From: Candidatus Iainarchaeum sp. | GTDB taxonomy: Archaea; Iainarchaeota; Iainarchaeia; Iainarchaeales; JAAZKV01 | DNA length: 52,952 bases | Direction of reading: 5' to 3' | NCBI GenBank assembly: GCA_028691435.1 | Contig: JAQUZG010000002.1 | Span: 1-52,952, forward strand | Shown here: in pieces, positions 1-8,101 of the stretch | How the letters are laid out: the number at the start of each line of letters is the position of its first letter | Position numbering within the stretch: the first letter of the stretch is position 1 | Made by a program: the position numbers and the translations under genes | The notes under the pieces: generated by a model | What the model was told of the DNA's origin: nothing | Databases searched by the model: none | What the model saw: only the letters and a program-made list of their open reading frames with translations

Positions 1-147
1 CCTATAATGAATATACTATTGCAAACAATCCCTTTAAGTTTAGAAGACTGGTTAATAATCATTGGAATTTCTTCAACATTGTTTTTTATATTTGAAATAA
101 AAAAATTAATAAGTTATAGATTAGAATTTTTAAAAAACAATAATTAG
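1..147 (+). CDS. 3' end (partial) of a cation-transporting P-type ATPase
   Basis: Not in the ORF track. Frame 1 reads PIMNILLQTIPLSLEDWLIIIGISSTLFFIFEIKKL...NNN-stop, matching the typical last TM segment of P-type II ATPases (PLSxxDW...FxxxEIxK). Confidence 0.7.
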   Translation, partial: PIMNILLQTIPLSLEDWLIIIGISSTLFFIFEIKKLISYRLEFLKNNN

Positions 148-217
148 TAAATATGGTTTTTTATGACCGGCTAAGTTCTTAGAAAAGAATTTAATAAGGT
201 TGAATTAGAAAGATTTT

Positions 218-2623
218 ATGAATACTATTAAATTTCCTTTAATTAAAGAAGGCACTATTGAGACTAGATTGTATCAAGAAGTTTTAGTTAGTCAAGTTAT
301 TGAAAAAGGAAACACGCTTGTTGTTGCACCAACTGCTCTTGGAAAAACGATTATTGCTATTTTACTTAGTGCATATAAATTAAATAAAAATAAAGATTCA
401 AAGATTTTATTTTTGGCACCAACTAAACCACTTGTTACACAACATGAAAAAAGTTTTAAGAAATTTTTAAGTATTAATGAAGAACAAATTGTATCAATTA
501 CTGGAACAGTTAAACCTAATGAAAGAGAAAAAATTTATCAAAGTGCAACAATAATTAATTCTACCCCTCAAACAATAGAAAATGATATTGTTACTGGAAA
601 AATAAAATTAGATAAGTTTGATTTAATTATTTTTGATGAAGCGCATAGAGCAGTTGGTGATTATGCTTACACATTTATTAGTAAACAAATTAAAATTCAA
701 AATGAGACTGCACTTATTTTAGCTTTGACTGCTTCTCCAGGAAATGAACAAGAAAAAATTGAAGAAGTTTGTGAGAATTTAAATATTAAAAATATTGAAA
801 TAAAAAAAAGTTCAGATGATGATGTTTTACCCTATGTAAATGATATTGAGATTGATTGGATAAAAGTAGATTTGCCTGTTGAATTTAAAGAAATAAAAGA
901 AAATTTAGAATCTTTTCAAAAAAAACAACTTGAAGTGTTAAAAGCAATGCATATTGCAGTTACAGAAAATAAAAAATATTATAATCGAACAAGAATACTT
1001 TTAATGCAAAGCCAAATTAGACAAAAGATAATGAGTAATTCAAATAATCCAAGTTATTATGCTGCGGCTTCAAAATGTGCTGCTTTACTAAAGGTTAGCC
1101 ATGCTGAAGAATTAATTGAAACACAAGGAATTAATGCATTAAAAAATTATTTTGATAAACTTAAAGAAGAAGATGCAAAAGGAAAAAGTAAAGCATCAAA
1201 ATTAATCATGTCAAACCCTGAAATACAAATGGCAATTAGTTTAACTGAAAAACTTTTTCATAAAAAAGTTGAACATCCAAAATATAAAGAATTAAAAAAA
1301 ATACTCATTAGTGAATTTAATAAAAATCCAAATGGAAAAGCAATTGTATTTAATCAATATAGAGATTCAATAAGAGAAGTTGTAAAATTCATAAATGAAG
1401 AAGATAAAATAAAAGCAATTAGATTTATTGGCCAAGCTAAAAAGGGTGACGAAAATGGAATGAGTCAAAAAGAACAACAACAAACTCTTCAAGAATTAAA
1501 AGATGGAAAATATAATGTGATTGTTACATCAAGTGTTGCTGAAGAAGGATTAGATATACCTGCTGTAGATCTAGTAGTTTTTTTTGAACCTGTGCCTAGT
1601 GAAATTAGAACAATACAAAGACGAGGACGAACTGGAAGATTTGGTAAAGGAAGAAATATTATTTTAATGACTAAAGGGACACGTGATGAGGCATTTTATT
1701 GGACAGCAAACGCAAAAGAAAAAAGAATGCAATCTACTTTAAAAGAAATGAAAGCAAATAAAACAAAAATGGAAACAAATTTAATTGATAAAAAACAATT
1801 AAAAATAACAGATATTAAAAATGAATATACTGATTTAGAAGAAGACGAAATAATGAATGAAAATAAAATAAAAAAAGAAATTGTTAAGGATATAGCTAAT
1901 GAAATAGTTAGTGAAAATTCAAAAAAGATGATTGATCAAAGAACATTAACTAATTTTATTAAAGATGAAAATCAAATTACAATTTATGTGGATTCACGTG
2001 AACAAAAATCAACTGTTGCAAAACATTTGTTTGAAAAAGAGTGTAAAATAATTCAACAAACACTTCCAATTGGAGACTTTTTACTTAGTGAAGATATTGG
2101 TGTTGAAAGAAAAACAATTAGTGATTTTGTTAGCTCAATAATTGATGGAAGATTATTTAGTCAAATAGTTTATTTAAAAGAAAATTATAAAAAACCATTA
2201 ATTATTCTTGAAGGAAATTTTAGTGAAATTTACACTTTAAGAAATATAAATAAAGGTGCAATAATTGGAGCAATTTCTTCAATCTCAATTGATTATGCGA
2301 TTCCAATTATTCACACTCAAAATGAAATAGAAACTAGTGAATACCTTTATGCAATTGCAAAAAGAGAACAAATTGATAACAAAAAAGAAATTAGTTTAAG
2401 GGTTGGAAGAAAAGGTCTAACATTAAAGGAAAATCAACAGTATATTATGGAAGGCTTTCCACTAGTCGGCCCTAGCCTAGCTAAAAATTTATTAAAAGAA
2501 TTTAAATCAATTAAAAACATAATGAATGCTAATGAAAAAGACTTACAAAAAGTAGATAAACTTGGCGAGAAAAAAGCAAAAGAAATTAGAAAAATAATTG
2601 AAGCGGAATTTAAAGATGAATGA
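218..2623 (+). CDS. hef: Hef: FANCM-like SF2 helicase fused to an ERCC4/XPF nuclease
   Basis: Walker A APTALGKT, DEAH box, SAS-like TASPG, QRRGRTGR motif VI; C-terminal YVDSRE/GDF/VERKT nuclease motifs and HhH (FPLVGPSLA, LGEKKA). Confidence 0.95.
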   Translation: MNTIKFPLIKEGTIETRLYQEVLVSQVIEKGNTLVVAPTALGKTIIAILLSAYKLNKNKDSKILFLAPTKPLVTQHEKSFKKFLSINEEQIVSITGTVKPNEREKIYQSATIINSTPQTIENDIVTGKIKLDKFDLIIFDEAHRAVGDYAYTFISKQIKIQNETALILALTASPGNEQEKIEEVCENLNIKNIEIKKSSDDDVLPYVNDIEIDWIKVDLPVEFKEIKENLESFQKKQLEVLKAMHIAVTENKKYYNRTRILLMQSQIRQKIMSNSNNPSYYAAASKCAALLKVSHAEELIETQGINALKNYFDKLKEEDAKGKSKASKLIMSNPEIQMAISLTEKLFHKKVEHPKYKELKKILISEFNKNPNGKAIVFNQYRDSIREVVKFINEEDKIKAIRFIGQAKKGDENGMSQKEQQQTLQELKDGKYNVIVTSSVAEEGLDIPAVDLVVFFEPVPSEIRTIQRRGRTGRFGKGRNIILMTKGTRDEAFYWTANAKEKRMQSTLKEMKANKTKMETNLIDKKQLKITDIKNEYTDLEEDEIMNENKIKKEIVKDIANEIVSENSKKMIDQRTLTNFIKDENQITIYVDSREQKSTVAKHLFEKECKIIQQTLPIGDFLLSEDIGVERKTISDFVSSIIDGRLFSQIVYLKENYKKPLIILEGNFSEIYTLRNINKGAIIGAISSISIDYAIPIIHTQNEIETSEYLYAIAKREQIDNKKEISLRVGRKGLTLKENQQYIMEGFPLVGPSLAKNLLKEFKSIKNIMNANEKDLQKVDKLGEKKAKEIRKIIEAEFKDE

Positions 2624-2801
2624 AAAATTAATAAAAAAAATATTCTTTAATCAAATCAATTATAAAAAAGTAAAAATAAGTAATAAAATTAATTTCAAAA
2701 AAATTAAATTGAAAAGCAAATTTTTTCATTTTCAAAAACAAGGTTTTTAAATATGCTCTTGCTAAATTATTATAGATTAATGAATAATTGGTGAGTTTAA
2801 A

Positions 2802-3203
2802 ATGGTTCAATGGCATGGAAAATCAAAAAAATTAAGTACTGGTGGAAAAAGAAACACTATAAGTAGATGTGATAAAAAGTCTTCATCAAAAGGTGGACAA
2901 GAAACACACACTAAAGCACAAGAAGGAAATAAAGAAGAAAATAGAGTAAAAAAAGGAAGAGGAACAACAACTAAAACAGCTGTTACTTCAACAAAATTCA
3001 TTAACGTTTTAGATAATGGAAAAATGATTAAAGCTGAAATTATTAATGTTAAAGAAAATGATGCAAATAGATTATTTGCTAGATCAAATATTGCAACAAA
3101 AGGAGCAATATTAAGAATTAAAATTGATTCTAAAGAAAAAGAAGCAAAGGTAACTAATAGACCTGGACAAGATGGCGTAATTAACGCAATTGTTGTTGAA
3201 TAG
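2802..3203 (+). CDS. rps8e: 30S ribosomal protein S8e
   Basis: Basic N-terminus with TGGK; NIATKGAI and VTNRPGQDGVINA motifs; GGTGA RBS upstream. Confidence 0.9.
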   Translation: MVQWHGKSKKLSTGGKRNTISRCDKKSSSKGGQETHTKAQEGNKEENRVKKGRGTTTKTAVTSTKFINVLDNGKMIKAEIINVKENDANRLFARSNIATKGAILRIKIDSKEKEAKVTNRPGQDGVINAIVVE

Positions 3204-3266
3204 ACAACAATTAATCTCTTTTTTTAATTAAATTGCCAAAATTAGCCAATATTTTGCATATAAACA

Positions 3267-3310
3267 GCCCATGCAAAGATTTATAAATTTGCCCATAGAA
3301 GCTTTATATA
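3267..3310 (+). promoter_or_regulatory. Putative tandem BRE/TATA promoters of tfb
   Basis: Two similar units, GCCCAT-N7-TTTATA (3267-3285) and GCCCAT-N6-TTTATA (3291-3308), 50-95 nt upstream of the tfb start. Confidence 0.45.
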
Positions 3311-3361
3311 AGGTGCTGATTCTAAGTCAATCGAATTGAATTAGTATAAAAAGGTGAGATT

Positions 3362-4270
3362 ATGACTAAAAAATGTCCAGAATGTGGAAGTGAAAGAATT
3401 AGAGTAGATCATGCAAAAGGTGAAGCTGTTTGTATGGATTGTGGTCTAATTGTATCCGAAGATGAAGTATTTGATACAGGAAAAGAATGGAGAAATTTTG
3501 ATCAAGGTGACGGTGAAGACAGTTCTAGATCAGGAAGTCCAATGAAATATGTTAAACTAAACAAAGGTTTAGTAACAATGATTGACAGAAGAGGAACAGA
3601 TTTAAGAGGAAATAAATTATCAAGTAAAGGAAGAGCACAAATGTACCGTTTAATTAAATGGCATAAAAGAGCAAGTGTATCTTCATCAATGCAAAGAAAT
3701 CTTTCAATTGCATTAACTGAAATGAGAAGAGTAGCATCATACTTAAATATACCAGAAACTTTAGTTGAAGCAGCAGCTTTACTTTACAGAAAAACTGTAA
3801 AAAAAGGATTAATCAGAGGAAGATTAATCGAAGCAGTTGTTGCAGCAGTTCTTTATGCAGTTTGTAGAACATACCATGTTCCAAGAACTCTTAACGAAAT
3901 GGCAGAAGCTTCAGGTTTAACAAAAAAAGAAATTGGAAGAACTTATAGATTTTTAGTGCGAGAATTATCTCTTGAAATACCATTAACAAATCCGGTTCAC
4001 TATATTCCAAGATTTGCTTCAGAACTTAACTTAAGTGGAGAAGTTCAAGAAGAAGGAAGAAGAATACTTGAAGAAGCAATTAAACAAGGATTAATATCTG
4101 GAAGAGGCCCAACAGGTGTTGCTGCAGCTGCAGTTTACATTGCTGGACTACTTAAAGGTGAAAGACGAACACAAAAAGAAGTTGCTAATGTTGCTGGTGT
4201 AACAGAAGTAACAATTAGAAACAGATACAGAGAATTAAGAAAGAGATTAAATATTGATGTTGCTGCTTAA
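3362..4270 (+). CDS. tfb: Transcription initiation factor IIB
   Basis: Zn ribbon CPECG...CMDCG; EWRNF B-reader; two cyclin repeats (RGRLIEAVVAA, GRGPTGVAAAA); C-terminal TEVTIRNRY HTH. Confidence 0.97.
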   Translation: MTKKCPECGSERIRVDHAKGEAVCMDCGLIVSEDEVFDTGKEWRNFDQGDGEDSSRSGSPMKYVKLNKGLVTMIDRRGTDLRGNKLSSKGRAQMYRLIKWHKRASVSSSMQRNLSIALTEMRRVASYLNIPETLVEAAALLYRKTVKKGLIRGRLIEAVVAAVLYAVCRTYHVPRTLNEMAEASGLTKKEIGRTYRFLVRELSLEIPLTNPVHYIPRFASELNLSGEVQEEGRRILEEAIKQGLISGRGPTGVAAAAVYIAGLLKGERRTQKEVANVAGVTEVTIRNRYRELRKRLNIDVAA

Positions 4271-4296
4271 GTGTAGCAAATCAATTAACCTATTTT

Positions 4297-4332
4297 GAAA
4301 AGCAATTTTGCTTTTCTTTTTTTTATTTTTTT
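4297..4332 (+). terminator. Hairpin plus U-tract terminator after tfb
   Basis: GAAAAGCA-attt-TGCTTTTC 8-bp stem directly followed by TTTTTTTTATTTTTTT. Confidence 0.65.
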
Positions 4333-4404
4333 AAAACTAATTTTTTAACAATAGATTATAATTAAATATTAAACCAATCAAGATTATTTAAGAAAAGTGA
4401 AAAT

Positions 4405-5079
4405 ATGATTATTGCAGGAATTGATGAAGCTGGAAGAGGGCCTTGCTTTGGCCCAATGGTAATTAGTATTGCATCAATTGAAAAAAAAAATGAAATAAAA
4501 CTTAAAGAAATTGGAGTAAAAGATTCTAAGGACTTGACAGCCAAACAAAGGGAAGAAATGTTTGATCAACTTAAAGAAGTTACTAAAAGTAAAACTAAAG
4601 TTTTAAGTGCAGTTGAAATTAATGACCTGATGACACATGAAAATTTAAATGAAATTGAAGCAATTACCATTGCTAATTTAATAAATGAATTTAGTGAAAA
4701 AATTGACGAACTTTTTATTGATAGCCCTGATGTGACTAAGGGAAAATTTGAAGGAAGAATTAGACAATATTTAAATAAAGAAAAACAAGGCATAAAAATA
4801 GTTGCTGAAAATAAAGCTGATTCAAAATATTTGATAACTGGGGCAGCAAGTATAATAGCAAAAGTTACAAGAGATAATGAGATTAAAGAGTTAGCTAAAA
4901 AATATGGTGATTTTGGTTCAGGTTATCCTTCAGACCCATATACAAAAAGATATTTAGAAGAATATGTTGAAAAAAATAAAAAGTTACCACCATTTTCTAG
5001 AATTTTTTGGAGCACATGCACTAAAGCGCTTGAAAAATTAGAAGAAAATAAAGAATCTAGTCAGTCTAAATTATTCTAA
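4405..5079 (+). CDS. rnhB: Ribonuclease HII
   Basis: GIDEAGRGP, VKDSK, KADSKY, AASIIAKVTRD, GSGYPSDP motifs; C-terminal PIP-like QSKLF. Confidence 0.95.
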   Translation: MIIAGIDEAGRGPCFGPMVISIASIEKKNEIKLKEIGVKDSKDLTAKQREEMFDQLKEVTKSKTKVLSAVEINDLMTHENLNEIEAITIANLINEFSEKIDELFIDSPDVTKGKFEGRIRQYLNKEKQGIKIVAENKADSKYLITGAASIIAKVTRDNEIKELAKKYGDFGSGYPSDPYTKRYLEEYVEKNKKLPPFSRIFWSTCTKALEKLEENKESSQSKLF

Positions 5080-5140
5080 TTTAATAAAATCAAAAACTAA
5101 TTTTTAAAAATAACTAAATATATAATTTAAAAATTAAAAG

Positions 5141-5204
5141 TATCGAACCGATAGGTTTTTAAATAATTATTTAAAAAATATTTATAGACATATCGAACCG
5201 ATAG
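5141..5204 (+). promoter_or_regulatory. Duplicated palindromic operator, TATCGAACCGATAG x2, around a TATA box
   Basis: Exact 14-bp copies at 5141-5154 and 5191-5204, each TATCG-AAC-CGATA; TTTATA at 5181-5186 lies between them; GGAGG RBS at 5209-5213. Confidence 0.75.
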
Positions 5205-5219
5205 TTATGGAGGAAAAAA

Positions 5220-6428
5220 ATGAATAATAAAATATTATCAAAATCAATTTTATTTTTGATGATACTCTTAGTTTCATCAAACATATTTGCCCAGTCAATT
5301 GGAGGATTAACAATTGAACAATTAAGTTATGATCCATTCCCAGCAAAAGCTGGCCAAAATTTAGATTTATACATTAGTGTAAAAAACACTGGAAACTATA
5401 ATCTAGAAAATATTGAATGTAGATTAGACAATAAATACCCATTTTATTTATGGGCTGATGAAAATCATACAAAGAAAATAAGTTTATTAAACATAAGTGA
5501 AAATGCACTTTTTAAATACAAATTTATTATAAGTAGTGACGCAGTAGCAGATGATTATAACATTGATTTTATGTGTAAAAGAGATGATGGTGCAGAAATT
5601 TCAAAAACTTTAACATTAACTATTGATACATTGACTCCTGATTTTGCAATCGGGCAAATTTTATCTGAGCCATCTAAATTACTTTCTGATTCAGAAGATA
5701 ATAAACTAACAATTGAATTACAAAATATTGGTAATGATTCAGCTAGTTTAGTGACAACTAAACTAATTTTACCAAATGGTTTTTCTTCAAGTCAAAGTTA
5801 TTCAGAAACTGCAAATTTAGGCACAATAGCTAAGGATTCAAGTAAAACTGCGACATATTATATTGATGTTGACAAAAATATACGACCTGGAAAACATAAA
5901 GCTCAATTAATAATTAATTACAAATTTTCTGGAAATAATAGTAATGAATATAAACAAAAAATAATTGATTTTGATTTAGATGTGAAAGATGAACCAAAAT
6001 TAACTATTGAAAAAATAGATATTTCTCAAGCTAACGGTTTAATGCAAGGCGATAAAAGTGAAATAAAATTAACTATTAAAAACACTGGAAATAAAGTTGC
6101 TGATGAAGTATCAGTTAAAATATTTAAACAAAGTGATCAACCATTTGAATTTGATAAAAAATATGATTATATTGGAAAATTAGAATCAAATGAAACTGGA
6201 CAAGCAACAATAACATTCACAGTAAACAATGATGCTGCATTAAAGGAATATTTTATTAAAACTGAAATAAGATATTTGACAAATGACACAGTAAAAACTA
6301 CTGATGAGCAATTTACAATTAATGTAAATAAAGAAAAACCAAAAGATCAACTAACAACAATTGTAATCATATTAGTTGTTTTAATAATTGCTGGAGTAGT
6401 AATATGGAAAAAAGTTCTAAAAAAATAG
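5220..6428 (+). CDS. Secreted, C-terminally anchored CARDB/COG1361-like Ig-repeat protein
   Basis: Signal peptide; three repeats of the type LxIxLKNTGN...LGxLxxGE; C-terminal TM helix and Lys tail. This family commonly neighbours archaeal RND genes. Confidence 0.75.
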   Translation: MNNKILSKSILFLMILLVSSNIFAQSIGGLTIEQLSYDPFPAKAGQNLDLYISVKNTGNYNLENIECRLDNKYPFYLWADENHTKKISLLNISENALFKYKFIISSDAVADDYNIDFMCKRDDGAEISKTLTLTIDTLTPDFAIGQILSEPSKLLSDSEDNKLTIELQNIGNDSASLVTTKLILPNGFSSSQSYSETANLGTIAKDSSKTATYYIDVDKNIRPGKHKAQLIINYKFSGNNSNEYKQKIIDFDLDVKDEPKLTIEKIDISQANGLMQGDKSEIKLTIKNTGNKVADEVSVKIFKQSDQPFEFDKKYDYIGKLESNETGQATITFTVNNDAALKEYFIKTEIRYLTNDTVKTTDEQFTINVNKEKPKDQLTTIVIILVVLIIAGVVIWKKVLKK

Positions 6429-6940
6429 TTCATAAAAGTGAACTTAAAATTGTTCCAAAAGGAATGCTAAAAAAATATATTTTAGCATTACTTTCAAAAC
6501 ATGATCTTTGCGGATACACATTAATGAGTAAAATTAAAGAAAATACTTGTTTTTGGAAGCCATCAAGTGGAACACTTTATCCATTATTAAAAAATATGAA
6601 AGATGATAAATTAATTGATGAAAAAAACGACAAGAATAAAAAAATATATTGTTTAACAAACAAAGGAAAACAAACAATCCATGATGAAAAAATTTCAACT
6701 GATCCAAAAAAACTTAATTTAGAAATTCATTCAGGATTAATCACATCATTATCATTGTTACTTGATATTGATAAAGAAATCTTAGAAAATAAATTATTTA
6801 ATAATATAGAAAAAATTAAATTTAAACCGGAACTAAAAAAAATAATTATAGAATTAGCGAGGGCAAATAATAAAGATCATATTGATCAAATAGTTAAAAT
6901 ACTTAAAGAAACAGTGGAAAAATTACAAAAAATAAAATAG
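6404..6940 (+). CDS. PadR-family transcriptional regulator
   Basis: ILALLSKHDLCGYTLM...WKPSSGTLYPLLKNM...KKIYCLTNKG winged-helix signature. Confidence 0.85.
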   Translation: MEKSSKKIVHKSELKIVPKGMLKKYILALLSKHDLCGYTLMSKIKENTCFWKPSSGTLYPLLKNMKDDKLIDEKNDKNKKIYCLTNKGKQTIHDEKISTDPKKLNLEIHSGLITSLSLLLDIDKEILENKLFNNIEKIKFKPELKKIIIELARANNKDHIDQIVKILKETVEKLQKIK

Positions 6941-6949
6941 ATAAATTAA

Positions 6950-8101
6950 ATGTTAGGAAATGAGATTATGAATTTTTTTGAAATGATTGCGGATGCACAA
7001 ATAAAAAATGCTTACATTTTAGGATTAATTGCAATTCTTTTGACAATTGTTATTGGTTTAGGCATCCAACACATTTATTTACAAACTGATACTTCAGCAG
7101 ATAATCCAAAAGATTGGGATGTTGTAAAACTCGAAGATTATGTTTCTGAAAAATTTGGCGGAACAGACACTATAATAATTTTGATAGAGTTAGATAAAGA
7201 TTTATTTTACTCAAACTCCCCAACAGACATTAGGGACAAAGATGTGTTAAATACAGTATATGATTTAAGTAAAGAACTTGAAAAAGAAGATAAGATTAGT
7301 TCTGTTCAGTCAGCTGGAATGTTATTTGAAACTATTGGCGGAATTCCAGAAAACAACGATTCAATAATTAGTATAATCAATGCTTTTCCTGAAGCAAAAG
7401 CATTTTTTAATAAAAACAATTCCGCAACAGCTATTTTTGTGTCAGCACAACTTGGAAATGAAGCAGACAAGATAAATTTTTCAAAAAGATTAACTGAAAT
7501 AATTAACAGTATAAAAAAACCAAGTGGATTAAAGATAACAAGCAGTGGAACACCAGAAATACAAATATTACTTGGAGATTTAATTAGACATGATTTAGTT
7601 GTTACAAGTGGAATTGCTGCCGGAATTATTTTTTTATTAGTTATCTTGTTTAAGCGAAATCTTAAAGATGCAATTTTAATTTTTACTCCTCTTATTTTTG
7701 GATTAGTTTGGATGCTTGGAATAATGGGGTGGCTTGGCATACCATTATCTATTGCTACAGTTGGTGTGAGTGCAATGATATTAGGTCTAGGAACAGAATA
7801 TGGAATTTTTTTAGTTGAACGATATGAAGAAGAAAAGAAAAAAGGATTTAAAGTTGATAAGGCATTAAGACAAAGTCTGCCAGCAATTGGAATAGGAATA
7901 ACGGGTTCTGGTTTAACAACTACCGCCGGATTTGTTGCATTACTTTTTACCACACTTCCAATGATTCAAAATCTTGGAAAAATTTTATCACTTGGAATTT
8001 TATGCATTTTGATTGCAACAATTTTGGTTACTCCAATCTTTATTGTAATTGATGAAAGAATAACTGAATTTTTAAAAGAAAAAGCGAGGGGAATGCAATG
8101 A
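6950..8101 (+). CDS. RND/MMPL-family transporter, single-module (half-size) subunit 1
   Basis: One N-terminal TM, an extracellular loop, then five TMs including GLGTEYGIFLVERY and TTTAGFVAL motifs. Confidence 0.85.
   Translation: MLGNEIMNFFEMIADAQIKNAYILGLIAILLTIVIGLGIQHIYLQTDTSADNPKDWDVVKLEDYVSEKFGGTDTIIILIELDKDLFYSNSPTDIRDKDVLNTVYDLSKELEKEDKISSVQSAGMLFETIGGIPENNDSIISIINAFPEAKAFFNKNNSATAIFVSAQLGNEADKINFSKRLTEIINSIKKPSGLKITSSGTPEIQILLGDLIRHDLVVTSGIAAGIIFLLVILFKRNLKDAILIFTPLIFGLVWMLGIMGWLGIPLSIATVGVSAMILGLGTEYGIFLVERYEEEKKKGFKVDKALRQSLPAIGIGITGSGLTTTAGFVALLFTTLPMIQNLGKILSLGILCILIATILVTPIFIVIDERITEFLKEKARGMQ

Noticed and set aside
2628-2816. 62-aa minus-strand ORF and similar short antisense or overlapping ORFs (2807, 4362, 4566, 10155, 10519, 12626, 12977, 15506, 17063, 17696, 18466, 18974, 20074, 20993, 22645, 27863, 27983, 31811, 32020-33871, 35592, 36535, 37576, 38920, 39422, 44814, 45488)
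   Set aside because: They overlap well-supported genes or AT-rich spacers, have Phe/Leu/Ile-rich shadow composition, and show no recognisable motifs.
7306-7953. 215-aa antisense ORF
   Set aside because: Lies fully opposite the RND gene and reads as a codon-complement shadow; no RBS or motifs.
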